Source of the DNA: Coraliomargaritaceae bacterium
GTDB lineage: Bacteria > Verrucomicrobiota > Verrucomicrobiia > Opitutales > Coraliomargaritaceae
Assembly (NCBI GenBank): GCA_965656495.1
Contig: CBFHKU010000001.1
Coordinates: 274,781 to 338,780, forward strand
Direction of reading: 5' to 3'
Length of the DNA: 64,000 nucleotides
The notes under the pieces were generated by a model. It did not search any database, was not told the DNA's origin, and saw nothing but the letters and a program-made list of their open reading frames with translations. Positions 1 to 9,470 of this stretch are shown here, piece after piece. The position numbers and the translations under genes were made by a program. Position 1 is the first letter of the stretch. Each line of letters begins with the position of its first letter.

Positions 1-8
1 TAGCCGGG

Positions 9-427
9 AACCACTAATCTTCACTAATTTACACTAATGGGGAAGGCGTAGAGGTGGGAAAGTATGAAGGTGGGAAAGTATGAAGGTGGGAAAGTGGGAA
101 GGTATGAAGGTGGTAAGGTTGGGGAACTTTGAACGTTGAGGAGGTTGTTGGTTGGAACCACGAAATACACGAAAAGCACGAATGGGAGTGGGAGAACTAA
201 CAACCTGCAACTAACAACATTCAACTCCACACTCTTACTCTTAGGAAGAAAAGGGTTGTATTACGTGGAAGCGGCAATCCTGCCGCTTTGCTTGTTGCTG
301 AAAAGCGACAGGAGTGTCGCTTCCACGGCTGGTTGCTCGAAAGCGACAGGATTGTCGCTTCCACGGCGGGTGCGGCTTGGGGAGGAACCACGAAATACAC
401 GAAAGGCACGAATGGGAGGGGGGATTG
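9..427. repeat. Mosaic intergenic repeat cluster (REP palindromes plus short tandem-repeat modules)
   Basis: Contains CACTAAT x3, GGTGGGAAAGTATGAA repeats, AACCACGAAATACACGAA x2, CAACTAACAAC and three REP hairpins GTGG-AAGCGRCA-N4-TGYCGCTT (at 265 on +, ~302 and ~340 on -). Confidence 0.9.
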
Positions 428-429
428 TT

Positions 430-3400
430 TTACTGGGTGGTTTTGCTGGGGTGGAACCAGGGGAAGAGGGCGGGTAGGACGAGGAGGGTGAGGAGGGTGG
501 AGCTGAGGAGTCCGCCGGTCACGACGAGGGCGAGGGGGCGTTGGACTTCGCTGCCGGCGCCGTGGGCGAGGAGGAGGGGGAGGAGGCCGAGTCCGGTGGT
601 GAGGGCGGTCATGAGGACGGGGCGGAGTCGTCGGGTGGCGGCTTCGATGGCGGCTTGGGCGGGTGGATCGCCGTCTTGTATGCGTTGGCGGGTGGTGGTG
701 ATGAGGACGAGTCCGTTGCCGAGGGCGATGCCGAAGAGTGCGATGAATCCGACGGTGGCGGGGACGGAGAGGTTTTCTCCGGAGAGGTAGAGGGCGGCGA
801 TGCCGCCGACGAGGGCGAGTGGGATGTTGAGTAGGATGAGGAGGCTGTGGCGGAGGGAGCCGAGGGCGGTATATATCATGATGAGGATGAGGAGGAGGGT
901 AAGGGGGATGACGAGGGCGAAGCGTTGGTTGGCTTCTTGTTGGAGTTTATAGGTGCCGCCCCAGGTGGTGAGGGTTCCGGGGGGGAGTTGGACTTGTTGT
1001 TCGATGGCGTTTTCGGCTTCGGCGACGAAGCTGCCGATGTCGCGTCCGGAAACGTTGGCTTGAATGGCGATGAAGCGTTGGCTGTGTTCGCGGGTGATTT
1101 GGCGTGGGCCGACGAGGGTTTTGAGGGTGGCGATTTCGTTGAGTGGGACGAGGGCGCCTTGGGGGCTACGGATGAGGGTTTGGCTGATGGCTTCTGGGTT
1201 GTTGCGGTATTGTGGGGGGTAGCGGACGAGGATGTCGAAGCGTCGGATGCCTTCAAAGATGAGTCCGGCGCGGGTACCGCCGATGCCGGTTTGAATGACG
1301 TTTTGGATGTCGGCGACGTTGAGGTTGTAACGTGCGGCGGCGGCGCGGTCGATTTGGATGAGGAGTTGTGGGGCGCCGGTGACTTGGTCGACCTGGACAT
1401 CGCGGGCGCCTTCGATTTTGGCGAGGACGGTGGCGATTTGGTTGGCGTTATGGAGGAGGGTGTCGAGGTCTTCGCCGAAGACTTTGAGGGCGAGTTCTGC
1501 TTGGACGCCTTCGAGGAGTTCGTCGACGGACATTTCGATGGGCTGGGTGTAGTTTACGATGACGCCGGGGGGGTGGCCGATGGCTTTGCGGAGGGATTCA
1601 ATCATGGCTTCGGCATCGTAGGGGACGCGCCATTGGGCGGGGGGTGTCATGAGGAGGTAGAGTTCGGCGGCGTTGATGGGGTCGGCGTGGGCACCGATTT
1701 CGCCGCGTCCGATGCGGGTGACGACTTCGTTGACTTCGGGGACTTCGAGGAGGCGTCGCTCGATGGCCTGGGTCATGTGTCGGGAGGTGTCGATGGCGAT
1801 GGAGGGTGCCATCTTGAGTTTGACGACGAGGGTGCCTTCGTTGAGGCGTGGGGTGAATTCGGTGCCGAGGCGTGGGATGAGGGTGAGTCCGAGGGCGAGG
1901 ATGAGGAGGGCGGCGAGGCTGGTGAGGCGGGGGCGTGCGACGAAGGTTGCGAGGATTCGGCGGTAGGCGTTTTGGAGGCGGGGCGGGCGCGGGTTGGGGT
2001 GGTTTTTGTTTTTTGGGGGCCGCATGCAGGCATGGGCGATGACGGGGCTGATGAGGAGGGCGTAGAGGAGGGCGCCGGTCATGGCGAGGGCGATGGCGTA
2101 AGCGAGGGGGCGGAAGGTTTTGCCTTCGACTCCGGTGAGGGTGAAGAGGGGGAGGAAGACGAGGATGATGATGGCGACTGCGAAGCCGACGGGTCGGGCG
2201 ACTTGGACGCAGGCTTGGATGACGGAATCGGTGCGGGGGTTGTTGGGCTTGGCGCGGAGGTGCTGGTCGATGTTTTCGGTCATGACGATGGCACCATCGA
2301 CGAGCATGCCGATTGCGATGGCGATTCCACCGAGTGACATGAGGTTGGCGGAGATGCCGAGGTAATGCATTCCGAGGGCGGCAAAGAGGACGGAGAAGGG
2401 GAGGGCGAGGGCGACGACGACGGTGGGTCGCCAACCGCCCATAAAGAGGGTGAGGGTAAATGCCACGAGGGCGATGCCTTGAATGAGGGCATGGGTGACG
2501 GTGCGAATAGCGGCTTCTACGAGGGTTTTTTGCTGGTAGTAGGGGACGATTTGAATGCCTTCGGGGAGGCTTTCGTTAATTTTTTGGATTTTGTCTTCGA
2601 CTGCCTGAATGACGGTGGAGGCGTTGGTGCCGAAGAGTTTGATGACTTGCCCGGCGACGACTTCGCGGATTCCGTTGTGGGATTGTAGGCCGCGGCGGAT
2701 GGCTTGGCCTTCGCGGACGTGTGCGACTTCCCGGATGGTGATGGGGGTGCCGTCGAAGCTGCCGAGGAGGATGGCGCGGAGGTCCTCGATTCCGGTGGCG
2801 AGGCCGATGGAACGGACGACGTATTCTTCGTTGTTTTGTTCGATGTATTGAGCGCCGATGTTGAGGTTGTTGGCTTCGAGGGCGTCGATGACATCGTTGA
2901 CGGTGAGGGCATAGCGTTCGAGGGCGAGGGGGTCGACCTCGATGTGGAATTGTTTTTCGTAGCCGCCGATGCCGAGGACTTCGGTGACGCCGGGGACGTT
3001 TTGGAGGTTGAATTTAATAATCCAATCCTGAATGGAGCGCAGCTCGGTGAGGGAATAGGTGCCGGTGGAGTCCTCGAGGTAATAGAAGAGGACTTGCCCC
3101 ATGCCAGTGGAGATAGGGCCCATTTCGGGTTGTCCGAATCCGGAGGGGATGTTGTCGCGGGCTTCGTTGAGGCGTTCTCCGACGAGTTGGCGACAGAAGT
3201 AGATATCCATGCCGTCTTTGAAGTAGACGTTTACGACCGAGAGCCCGAAGTTTGAAATAGAACGGACGTTCTGGATTCCGGGGAGTCCGTTCATGGCGGT
3301 TTCTACGGGGAAGGTGACGTATTTTTCAATTTCCTCGGGGGCGAGTCCTTCGGTGACGGTGAAGACTTGGACGAGGTTGGGAGAGACGTCGGGGAAGGCG

Positions 3401-3507
3401 TCGACCGGAAGTTTCTTAAAGCTCTGGAACCCGCCGGCGATGATGAGGGCGAGGAGCGTGAAGACGAGGAGGCGTGCCTGAATGCAATATTCGAAGAGTC
3501 GTTTCAT
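430..3507 (-). CDS. czcA: CusA/CzcA family heavy-metal efflux RND transporter
   Basis: 1025 aa; LPVDAFPDVSPNLVQV, MGPISTGMGQ, ANLMSLGGIAIAIGMLVDGAIVMTEN and RLRPVLMTA motifs of HME-RND permeases. Confidence 0.95.
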   Translation of the reverse strand: MKRLFEYCIQARLLVFTLLALIIAGGFQSFKKLPVDAFPDVSPNLVQVFTVTEGLAPEEIEKYVTFPVETAMNGLPGIQNVRSISNFGLSVVNVYFKDGMDIYFCRQLVGERLNEARDNIPSGFGQPEMGPISTGMGQVLFYYLEDSTGTYSLTELRSIQDWIIKFNLQNVPGVTEVLGIGGYEKQFHIEVDPLALERYALTVNDVIDALEANNLNIGAQYIEQNNEEYVVRSIGLATGIEDLRAILLGSFDGTPITIREVAHVREGQAIRRGLQSHNGIREVVAGQVIKLFGTNASTVIQAVEDKIQKINESLPEGIQIVPYYQQKTLVEAAIRTVTHALIQGIALVAFTLTLFMGGWRPTVVVALALPFSVLFAALGMHYLGISANLMSLGGIAIAIGMLVDGAIVMTENIDQHLRAKPNNPRTDSVIQACVQVARPVGFAVAIIILVFLPLFTLTGVEGKTFRPLAYAIALAMTGALLYALLISPVIAHACMRPPKNKNHPNPRPPRLQNAYRRILATFVARPRLTSLAALLILALGLTLIPRLGTEFTPRLNEGTLVVKLKMAPSIAIDTSRHMTQAIERRLLEVPEVNEVVTRIGRGEIGAHADPINAAELYLLMTPPAQWRVPYDAEAMIESLRKAIGHPPGVIVNYTQPIEMSVDELLEGVQAELALKVFGEDLDTLLHNANQIATVLAKIEGARDVQVDQVTGAPQLLIQIDRAAAARYNLNVADIQNVIQTGIGGTRAGLIFEGIRRFDILVRYPPQYRNNPEAISQTLIRSPQGALVPLNEIATLKTLVGPRQITREHSQRFIAIQANVSGRDIGSFVAEAENAIEQQVQLPPGTLTTWGGTYKLQQEANQRFALVIPLTLLLILIMIYTALGSLRHSLLILLNIPLALVGGIAALYLSGENLSVPATVGFIALFGIALGNGLVLITTTRQRIQDGDPPAQAAIEAATRRLRPVLMTALTTGLGLLPLLLAHGAGSEVQRPLALVVTGGLLSSTLLTLLVLPALFPWFHPSKTTQ

Positions 3508-3527
3508 GGATGCTTGGGCGGTTGTTA

Positions 3528-4601
3528 CTAGTGGGCGTGTCCGTCGCCGAAGTTTTCTTTTTGGGCATCGGCTTTAAGAAAGAAACCGCCTTTGGATACG
3601 TAGGATTCGCCGGGTTGAAGGCCGTCGATAATGGCGATGTGATCGGCGTCCTCGGAGCCAATGGTAACGGTGCGGGGTTTGAAGCCTTCGGGGGTTGGGA
3701 CAAAGACAACCTCGTGGTCTTCCATTGTAATGACGCTGACGCGGGAGACCACTACGGGGAAGGTTTCGCGGTCGAGCTTAAGGTTGCCGATAACGAAGAG
3801 GCCGGGGCGGAGGAGTCCTTTTTTATTGGAAACAACGGCGCGGATGAGGCTGGTGCGACTGGTTTCGTCGACGACCGGGCCGAGATAGGAGATTTGCGCC
3901 TCGATCGCGGGGAAGTTGTCTCCGAAGTCGAGGGTAACGGATTGCCCGATACGGACGCGGGGGAGGTCTCGTTGGTAGAGGCGTAAGTCGACCCATACCG
4001 AGGTGGTATCGGCGATGGTGTACATGAGTTCGCCGGCCTCGAAGCTTTCGCCCGGGGTGATGTGGAAATCGGTAATGGTGCCGTCGAGGGTGGCGGTGAG
4101 TTGGAAGGGGCGGAGGCTTTCGTTGCTTTCCATTTCTGCGAGGACTTCGCCGGCTTTGACGGTGTCGCCGAGGCGTTTATGGATGCGTTTGACTATCCCG
4201 GCGAAACGGGGGCTGACGTGAGTGACGGTATTCTCGTTGACGCGGACTTCGCCGGTAAGGAGCAGGTTTTTTTGGATGGAACCGGATTGAGCTACGGCAA
4301 GTTCGATACCAAATTCTTCCTGATCTCGTGGGTCAATCGCATGTGCTTTTGGGTCTTCGTGATCCTGGTCTTCCGGAGCGATGTGATCCAAATCTTCATC
4401 GTGATCGTGATTATGATCGTCATGATCATCGTGCTCATGTTGTTCCGACATTTGTATCGCGGTTGTTTCAGTATTGTTTGCCGGATCGTGGTTGTCCTCT
4501 TGGTTGTGCCTTGCTGGTTTGCAGGCACTCAGAATGAACGGGAATAAGCTAAGAATGATTATGCGAATCGCAAGGGATTGGCTTGGAGCTTTGTTTTTCA
4601 T
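3528..4601 (-). CDS. czcB: Efflux RND periplasmic adaptor (CzcB-like) with His/Asp-rich N-terminus
   Basis: Lipoprotein-like LSAC signal, HEHDDHDDHNHDHD tract, membrane-fusion motifs (LRPGLFV, GLQPGE), C-terminal GHAH. Confidence 0.92.
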   Translation of the reverse strand: MKNKAPSQSLAIRIIILSLFPFILSACKPARHNQEDNHDPANNTETTAIQMSEQHEHDDHDDHNHDHDEDLDHIAPEDQDHEDPKAHAIDPRDQEEFGIELAVAQSGSIQKNLLLTGEVRVNENTVTHVSPRFAGIVKRIHKRLGDTVKAGEVLAEMESNESLRPFQLTATLDGTITDFHITPGESFEAGELMYTIADTTSVWVDLRLYQRDLPRVRIGQSVTLDFGDNFPAIEAQISYLGPVVDETSRTSLIRAVVSNKKGLLRPGLFVIGNLKLDRETFPVVVSRVSVITMEDHEVVFVPTPEGFKPRTVTIGSEDADHIAIIDGLQPGESYVSKGGFFLKADAQKENFGDGHAH

Positions 4602-4621
4602 GATTTTGACTATGGAAAAGT

Positions 4622-5878
4622 TTATGGGGTATTCGGAAGAGAAGCGGTGAGTTTTAGGATTTCCGTTTGGGCCAGATTGTAATCGCGGAGGGCATTGAGG
4701 TGGCTCTCGCGGAGGTCGAAGAGGGTTTGACGCGCCTCAAGAACGGCGAGTTGGGTGAATTTCCCTTGCTGGTAACCTGCTTCGGTACGGCTGAGGGTTT
4801 CCTTGGCAGCGGGGAGGAGTTCACGGGCGATGGAATGGACCTCGGCGTGAGCGGTGGTGAGGGCTTGATAGGCACGGTTGAGTTGAATGCGCAAGCTGCG
4901 TTGGAGGCGTATCTTTGCTTGTTGGTTGGCATGGCGGAGGGCGGTGGCGCTATGGATATTGCCTTTGTTTTTATCAAAGAGGGGCCAGGGGATTTGAAGG
5001 CCCAGGATGAAGGCGCCGTCACCATCGGCTTCGTTGAAGTAGCGCCCGCCGGCGAAGACTTCGAGGTCGGGAACGGCGCGGGCTTTTTCTAACTGGATGG
5101 CGGCCTCATAGCGGCGATTTTGGGCCTTGAATGCGGCGAGGGAGGGATTTGCGTGGAGCTGGGCGGAGAGGGTTTCATAAGCGGGCAGGTCGGGGCTCAG
5201 AGCAAGCGAACCCACCGGCTCGAAGTTTTCGGATTCGGGTGCCTCGCTCCAGAGGCTGGCGAGTTCGGCTTTGGCGCTCGCATAGGCTCGCTGCGCGGAT
5301 TGCAGGGCAAAGTTTTGTTGTCGCACCGCAAGTTGGGCGCGGGCGGCTTCTACTTGAGGGGAAAGGGCTGCTTTGACGAGGCGTTCGGTTTCGGCGGCGC
5401 TTGCTTTGGCAAGTTGGACTTGTTCCTGACGCAGGGAAAGATCTTTCGCGGCAAGGAGGGCATTGACGAATGCGGCTCGCAGGCGGGCCTCTATTTCAAG
5501 GCGAAGGATTTTGGCCTCCCAGAGGGTTTCGGCGTATTGAGCCTTAGCGAGCTCGACTCGGCGGGGCCGCTTCTTTGCGGTCTCGAGGGTCTGACTCAGA
5601 CTAAGGGTGAATTCCAGAGATTGCACCCCACGCATCGGGCCGCTGCCGAGGAAGTTGCCCAGTTCAGCGGAAATAACGGGGTTGGGCAGACGACCGGCCT
5701 GTTGGATTTGCCCGGCAGCGACCTCGGTTTGGGCGATATTTTCTGCGAGGGCGGGATGCTGGCGCAGGGTGCGCTCCAAAGCGTCGTTGAAGCTGAGTTT
5801 TACCTCAGGAAGGCTTTCTCCGTTAAGGGATAGCGCTAAATAGAATGGGATATATTTGATTAAATAAAAAAAATTCAT
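4622..5878 (-). CDS. czcC: TolC-family outer membrane channel (CzcC-like)
   Basis: AGRLPNP, IPWPLFDKNKGNI, GYQQGKFTQLAVLEA motifs; directly upstream of the adaptor and RND genes. Start placed at ATG 5878. Confidence 0.9.
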   Translation of the reverse strand: MNFFYLIKYIPFYLALSLNGESLPEVKLSFNDALERTLRQHPALAENIAQTEVAAGQIQQAGRLPNPVISAELGNFLGSGPMRGVQSLEFTLSLSQTLETAKKRPRRVELAKAQYAETLWEAKILRLEIEARLRAAFVNALLAAKDLSLRQEQVQLAKASAAETERLVKAALSPQVEAARAQLAVRQQNFALQSAQRAYASAKAELASLWSEAPESENFEPVGSLALSPDLPAYETLSAQLHANPSLAAFKAQNRRYEAAIQLEKARAVPDLEVFAGGRYFNEADGDGAFILGLQIPWPLFDKNKGNIHSATALRHANQQAKIRLQRSLRIQLNRAYQALTTAHAEVHSIARELLPAAKETLSRTEAGYQQGKFTQLAVLEARQTLFDLRESHLNALRDYNLAQTEILKLTASLPNTP

Positions 5879-5968
5879 GTTGAGGCGATTACGAATGAGA
5901 CGAAGCGAGCTTTTATGCAAAGAGCCAGCAGGGCATTTGAGAGTCCGGCGGAAGGCAGTTTTTCAGGC

Positions 5969-6340
5969 TTAACAAAGTCTGACTACAGAGGCTTTGACGA
6001 GGGGCGCAGTGGGCTTTGATTCGGGTGGTCCCCGCGACGGGGGTAGTGCCGCGCATTTGAAAAGAGGCTGCGGCGATCCTGTGCCGGAATGCCATTGCTG
6101 TAGGTTTTTTGGGGTCGCCGCTGGCTTTGGCTGGCTCTCAAAGGTAGCAGCGAAATCACAGGTAAGCAGTTGGGCATCAAGGCACAAGTGCGCTTCGCAC
6201 AAAGGATGCCCCTCGCTTTCGAGCGGGGAGGGGTCTGCGTGGAAGCAAGTGCGCGGCGCACCGGTCGCGGCCAAGGCGGCGTTCCAAAGAATCAGGCCGG
6301 CGATCAATAGCCTTAATATTTTGTGAAAACGCATTCTCAC
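5969..6340 (-). CDS. Small exported Cys/His-containing leader protein with RGPP motif (CzcI/DUF2946-like)
   Basis: Signal-peptide-like N-terminus, CFH and HPLCEAHLC, SRGPP ~20 aa from the C-terminus; co-oriented directly upstream of czcC. Confidence 0.65.
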   Translation of the reverse strand: MRMRFHKILRLLIAGLILWNAALAATGAPRTCFHADPSPLESEGHPLCEAHLCLDAQLLTCDFAATFESQPKPAATPKNLQQWHSGTGSPQPLFKCAALPPSRGPPESKPTAPLVKASVVRLC

Positions 6341-6410
6341 TTAGAAACGACCGTGCAAAGGCGAAAAGAGTTCCCGGATATAATTAAAAAATACTTACAA
6401 AGGCCAGGAA

Positions 6411-6427
6411 TTGGCACGCCTTAAGCT
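6411..6427 (+). promoter_or_regulatory. Putative sigma-54 (-24/-12) promoter of the porin gene
   Basis: TTGGCACGCCTTAAGCT has GG-N10-GC spacing; AT-rich tract upstream. Confidence 0.5.
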
Positions 6428-6483
6428 TACGTTATTACGGGTTTATAAACGTAAATCCAATGTATTAACCAAACTAACTAGTT

Positions 6484-7398
6484 ATGAAAATTAAAAATAC
6501 AATCACGGGAAGCCTTGCTGCATTTGCGGTATTCGCGTCCCAAGCAAGTGCTGAGATCGTCCTAACGGATGATTTGAGCCTTTCCGGTTACATCGATATC
6601 TGGCTCGACAGCCTTGATAGCGAGGGTGATGCCGACTACGGCGTGCAGGAAATTGAGTTGGCTTTTGCCTTCACACCTGCTGACAGTCCTTGGTCCGCAG
6701 TAGCGGAGCTATCCTTGGATGGTGCAGATGACTTCTCCGGTGGAGAAGAAATCACACTCAATACCGAAACCGTCACCGTAACTTACGCAGCATCGGATGC
6801 GCTCTCCTTTACTATTGGTAACATTCTTAGTTATCAAGGTTTCGAGACCTTTGATGCCACTGGACTCTATCAGTATTCCTATTCTGGAACCAGAGGTTCT
6901 GTATTATACTCTGCCGAGTATGCTTTTGGTGCATCCGCTGATTATGCAACCGATGATTACTCCCTCGGTTTCTGGATTGGCGACAATGGAGGTGAAGCTA
7001 GCACGGAGTATCTCTTTGCTTACACTGGTATTGAGAACACAACCTTGAAGGTTATCTTCGCGGATGATCCCGGTTATGAGTCGCTCAATGTTTGGGGTTC
7101 GTATGATTATGGTGACTTCACCTTCGCATTCGAGTTCTATGACAATGATCCCACTACTGGAAGCACTTCCACTGAGGTTGAATCCATTATGGGTCTGGTT
7201 TACTACTCCTTCGGCGATGCCGGTATCACTGTTCGCTACGTAGATGGCGAAATGGGTGGTACAGAGTATGAGCGCCTGACTTTCTCACCAAGCTACGCAT
7301 TCTCTGATAATGTATTTGGCCTTTGTGAGTTTACCTTTGAAGAAACCAGTGCGGGTACTTCCGAGGAATTCGCAGCGGAGCTGATTTACAGCTTCTAA
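6484..7398 (+). CDS. Outer membrane beta-barrel porin
   Basis: Signal peptide (ASA-E), alternating aromatic beta-strand pattern, C-terminal ELIYSF, very acidic. Confidence 0.8.
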   Translation: MKIKNTITGSLAAFAVFASQASAEIVLTDDLSLSGYIDIWLDSLDSEGDADYGVQEIELAFAFTPADSPWSAVAELSLDGADDFSGGEEITLNTETVTVTYAASDALSFTIGNILSYQGFETFDATGLYQYSYSGTRGSVLYSAEYAFGASADYATDDYSLGFWIGDNGGEASTEYLFAYTGIENTTLKVIFADDPGYESLNVWGSYDYGDFTFAFEFYDNDPTTGSTSTEVESIMGLVYYSFGDAGITVRYVDGEMGGTEYERLTFSPSYAFSDNVFGLCEFTFEETSAGTSEEFAAELIYSF

Positions 7399-7426
7399 TT
7401 GCTCAATCAAAATTCATTTGAACAAC

Positions 7427-7461
7427 AGAGGTTCTATCTATCTAGATAGAACCTCTTTTTT
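7427..7461 (+). terminator. Rho-independent terminator
   Basis: AGAGGTTCTATCTA-TC-TAGATAGAACCTCT perfect inverted repeat followed by T-run. Confidence 0.85.
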
Positions 7462-7464
7462 ACT

Positions 7465-7974
7465 ATGAAAACACGGATCAAAACTATTTACAAAATTACA
7501 CTGGCAGGTGGGCTTTTGATGCTATTCAGCTCCGGCCTGTGGGGCGATACCGTCACGCGTGCGGAATATGACGCCTTGGTATCGCGTCTTGCCGCGGTGG
7601 AAGCGGCCCTTGGGGTGACTCGCAGCGCCCAGGTGGAATCCATCGCAACCGAGGCTTTGGCGACGGTGGAGATGAGTCCCACGCAAAAGACGAGCCTCAT
7701 CGAGAGCGTCGTAAAAACGATCCAGAGCCGCGAGGAGAAAGCGGTCTATCCTTGGATGCAGGCGGCGAAATGGGAGCGCGTAAAAAAGGGGATGACTCCG
7801 GAGGCGGTGGTGGAAATTCTTGGGGCACCGACCTTGAATGAGCCATCGCTGCACAAGCGGGTCGATACAGTTTACACCTACGAGGGCCGCCGCGTCGCGA
7901 CCAATGAAAAGGTCACGGGGATCATCCGCTTTTATAAGGGAGTGGTCATCGAGATTGAAACGCCGAAGCTTTGA
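7465..7974 (+). CDS. Exported hypothetical protein with C-terminal BamE/SmpA-like domain
   Basis: Signal peptide, coiled-coil segment, WERVKKGMTPEAVVEILGAP motif. Confidence 0.7.
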   Translation: MKTRIKTIYKITLAGGLLMLFSSGLWGDTVTRAEYDALVSRLAAVEAALGVTRSAQVESIATEALATVEMSPTQKTSLIESVVKTIQSREEKAVYPWMQAAKWERVKKGMTPEAVVEILGAPTLNEPSLHKRVDTVYTYEGRRVATNEKVTGIIRFYKGVVIEIETPKL

Positions 7975-8771
7975 AGAGTGGGGTTTAGTGGTGGGAAAAT
8001 ATGAAGGCGTATAGGTGGGAAAGTATGAAGGTGGGAAAGTGGGAAGGCTGGGGAACTTCGAACATCCAAACTTGAGGGATTGTTAGTTGATGTTTGTTGG
8101 TTGGAACCACGAATAGGCACGAATGAGGAGGGGGGGGACTTCCAACATTCAACTCCACACTCTTAATCTTATTCTTAATCTTAATCTTAATCTTAATAAG
8201 AAAAGGGATGTATCACGTGGAAGCGGCAATCCTGCCGCTTTGCTTGTTGCTGAAAAGCGACAGGAGTGTCGCTTCCACGGCTGGTGCGGCTTGGGTTGAA
8301 AAGCGACAGGAGTGTCGCTTCCACGGCTTGGGTTGATTATTGAACGTTGAGGGGGTTGTTCGTTGTTAGTCGATGGTTGTTGGTTGGAACAACGAATAGG
8401 CACGAATATTAACTGGTGGGAAGGCGTATAGGTGGGAAAGTGGGAAGGTATGAAGGTGGGAAAGTTGGGGTTAATCCTAATCTTAATCTTAATAAGAAAA
8501 GGGATGTGTCTCGTGGAAGCGACACTCTTGTCGCTTTGGTTGTTGCTGAAAAGCGACAGGAGTGTCGCTTCCACGGCTGGTGCGGCTTGGGTTGAAAAGC
8601 GACAGGAGTGTCGCTTCCACGGCTGGGGTTATAAAGCGACAGGATTGTCGCTTCCACGGCTGGTGGTTCAATATCGTGCTTTGAAGGGGAGTGAGAGTAA
8701 GATTAGGATTAAGAATAAGATTAAGAGTAAGAGGGAACTGCCAAAGAACTTCCAACTAACAACTTCCACCC
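7975..8771. repeat. Mosaic intergenic repeat cluster with 7 REP hairpins
   Basis: Same modules as 9-427 (GGTGGGAAAG, AACCACGAA, TCTTAA hexamer runs, AAGAAAAGGG followed by REP pairs), partly duplicated internally; lies between convergent genes. Confidence 0.92.
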
Positions 8772-9377
8772 TCAACCCCGGAATTGGTCCCGGTGGACGA
8801 CTTCTTCGTAGGGGAGTTGGCCGGGGCGGGGGTTGGCGGGTTTGAGGGCTTTGCCGATGGTGATCATGAGGCCGATGAGGTGGCGTTCGGGGAGTTGAAT
8901 GATTTCGGCGACTTTGTTGGGGTCGAATCCGATCATGGGGCAGGTGTCGTAGCCCATGGCTTTGGCGGCGAGCATGATGGTTTGTGCGGCAATGCCAACG
9001 GAGCGCATGGCTTCGTCGCGCTGGAGTTGGGGGTTGTTGCCATAGAAGGGTTGGATCATGGGGACGATGACTTCGCGGACGGGGTCGGGGGCGTTGGTCC
9101 AGTAGCGTTCGGGGTCGTTGTGGGCGTCGAGGTCGGCGCAAAGGATAAGGGTGAGGGCGGCGTCGGTGACTTGTGCCTGATTGAAGGCGGCGGCGCGGAG
9201 GGCTTCTTTTTTGGCGGGGTCGGTGACCGCGATGAAGCGCCAGTTTTGCATATTAAAGGAGGTGGGTGAACAAAGGGCGGCTTCGAGGAGTTGGCGAATC
9301 TCGGCCTCGCTGAGGGCGTGGTCGGGGTCGTAATACTTAACAGAGCGGCGTTCGCGAATTGCAGTGAGGGTTTCCAT
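8772..9377 (-). CDS. Nitroreductase family protein
   Basis: AIRERRSVK, SPTSFNMQNWRF, GYDTCPMIGFD motifs. Confidence 0.93.
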   Translation of the reverse strand: METLTAIRERRSVKYYDPDHALSEAEIRQLLEAALCSPTSFNMQNWRFIAVTDPAKKEALRAAAFNQAQVTDAALTLILCADLDAHNDPERYWTNAPDPVREVIVPMIQPFYGNNPQLQRDEAMRSVGIAAQTIMLAAKAMGYDTCPMIGFDPNKVAEIIQLPERHLIGLMITIGKALKPANPRPGQLPYEEVVHRDQFRG

Positions 9378-9470
9378 GGTGCCTAGCATGGGGCGGAGTC
9401 CGGCGCTGGCAAGTTGTAAGAAAACGTGTATATTGAAGTAAGTTTCTCGGGCTTAAAACGGTCTATTTTG

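Noticed and set aside
24..491. Short ORFs in repeat clusters (also 7932-8845 and 12637-13390)
   Set aside because: They are translations of repeats (WKRHSCRF, PTFPPS) with no protein-like character.
541..3255. Long acidic plus-strand ORFs antisense to czcA (similar shadows over other genes)
   Set aside because: Shadow frames caused by strong codon bias and GC skew.
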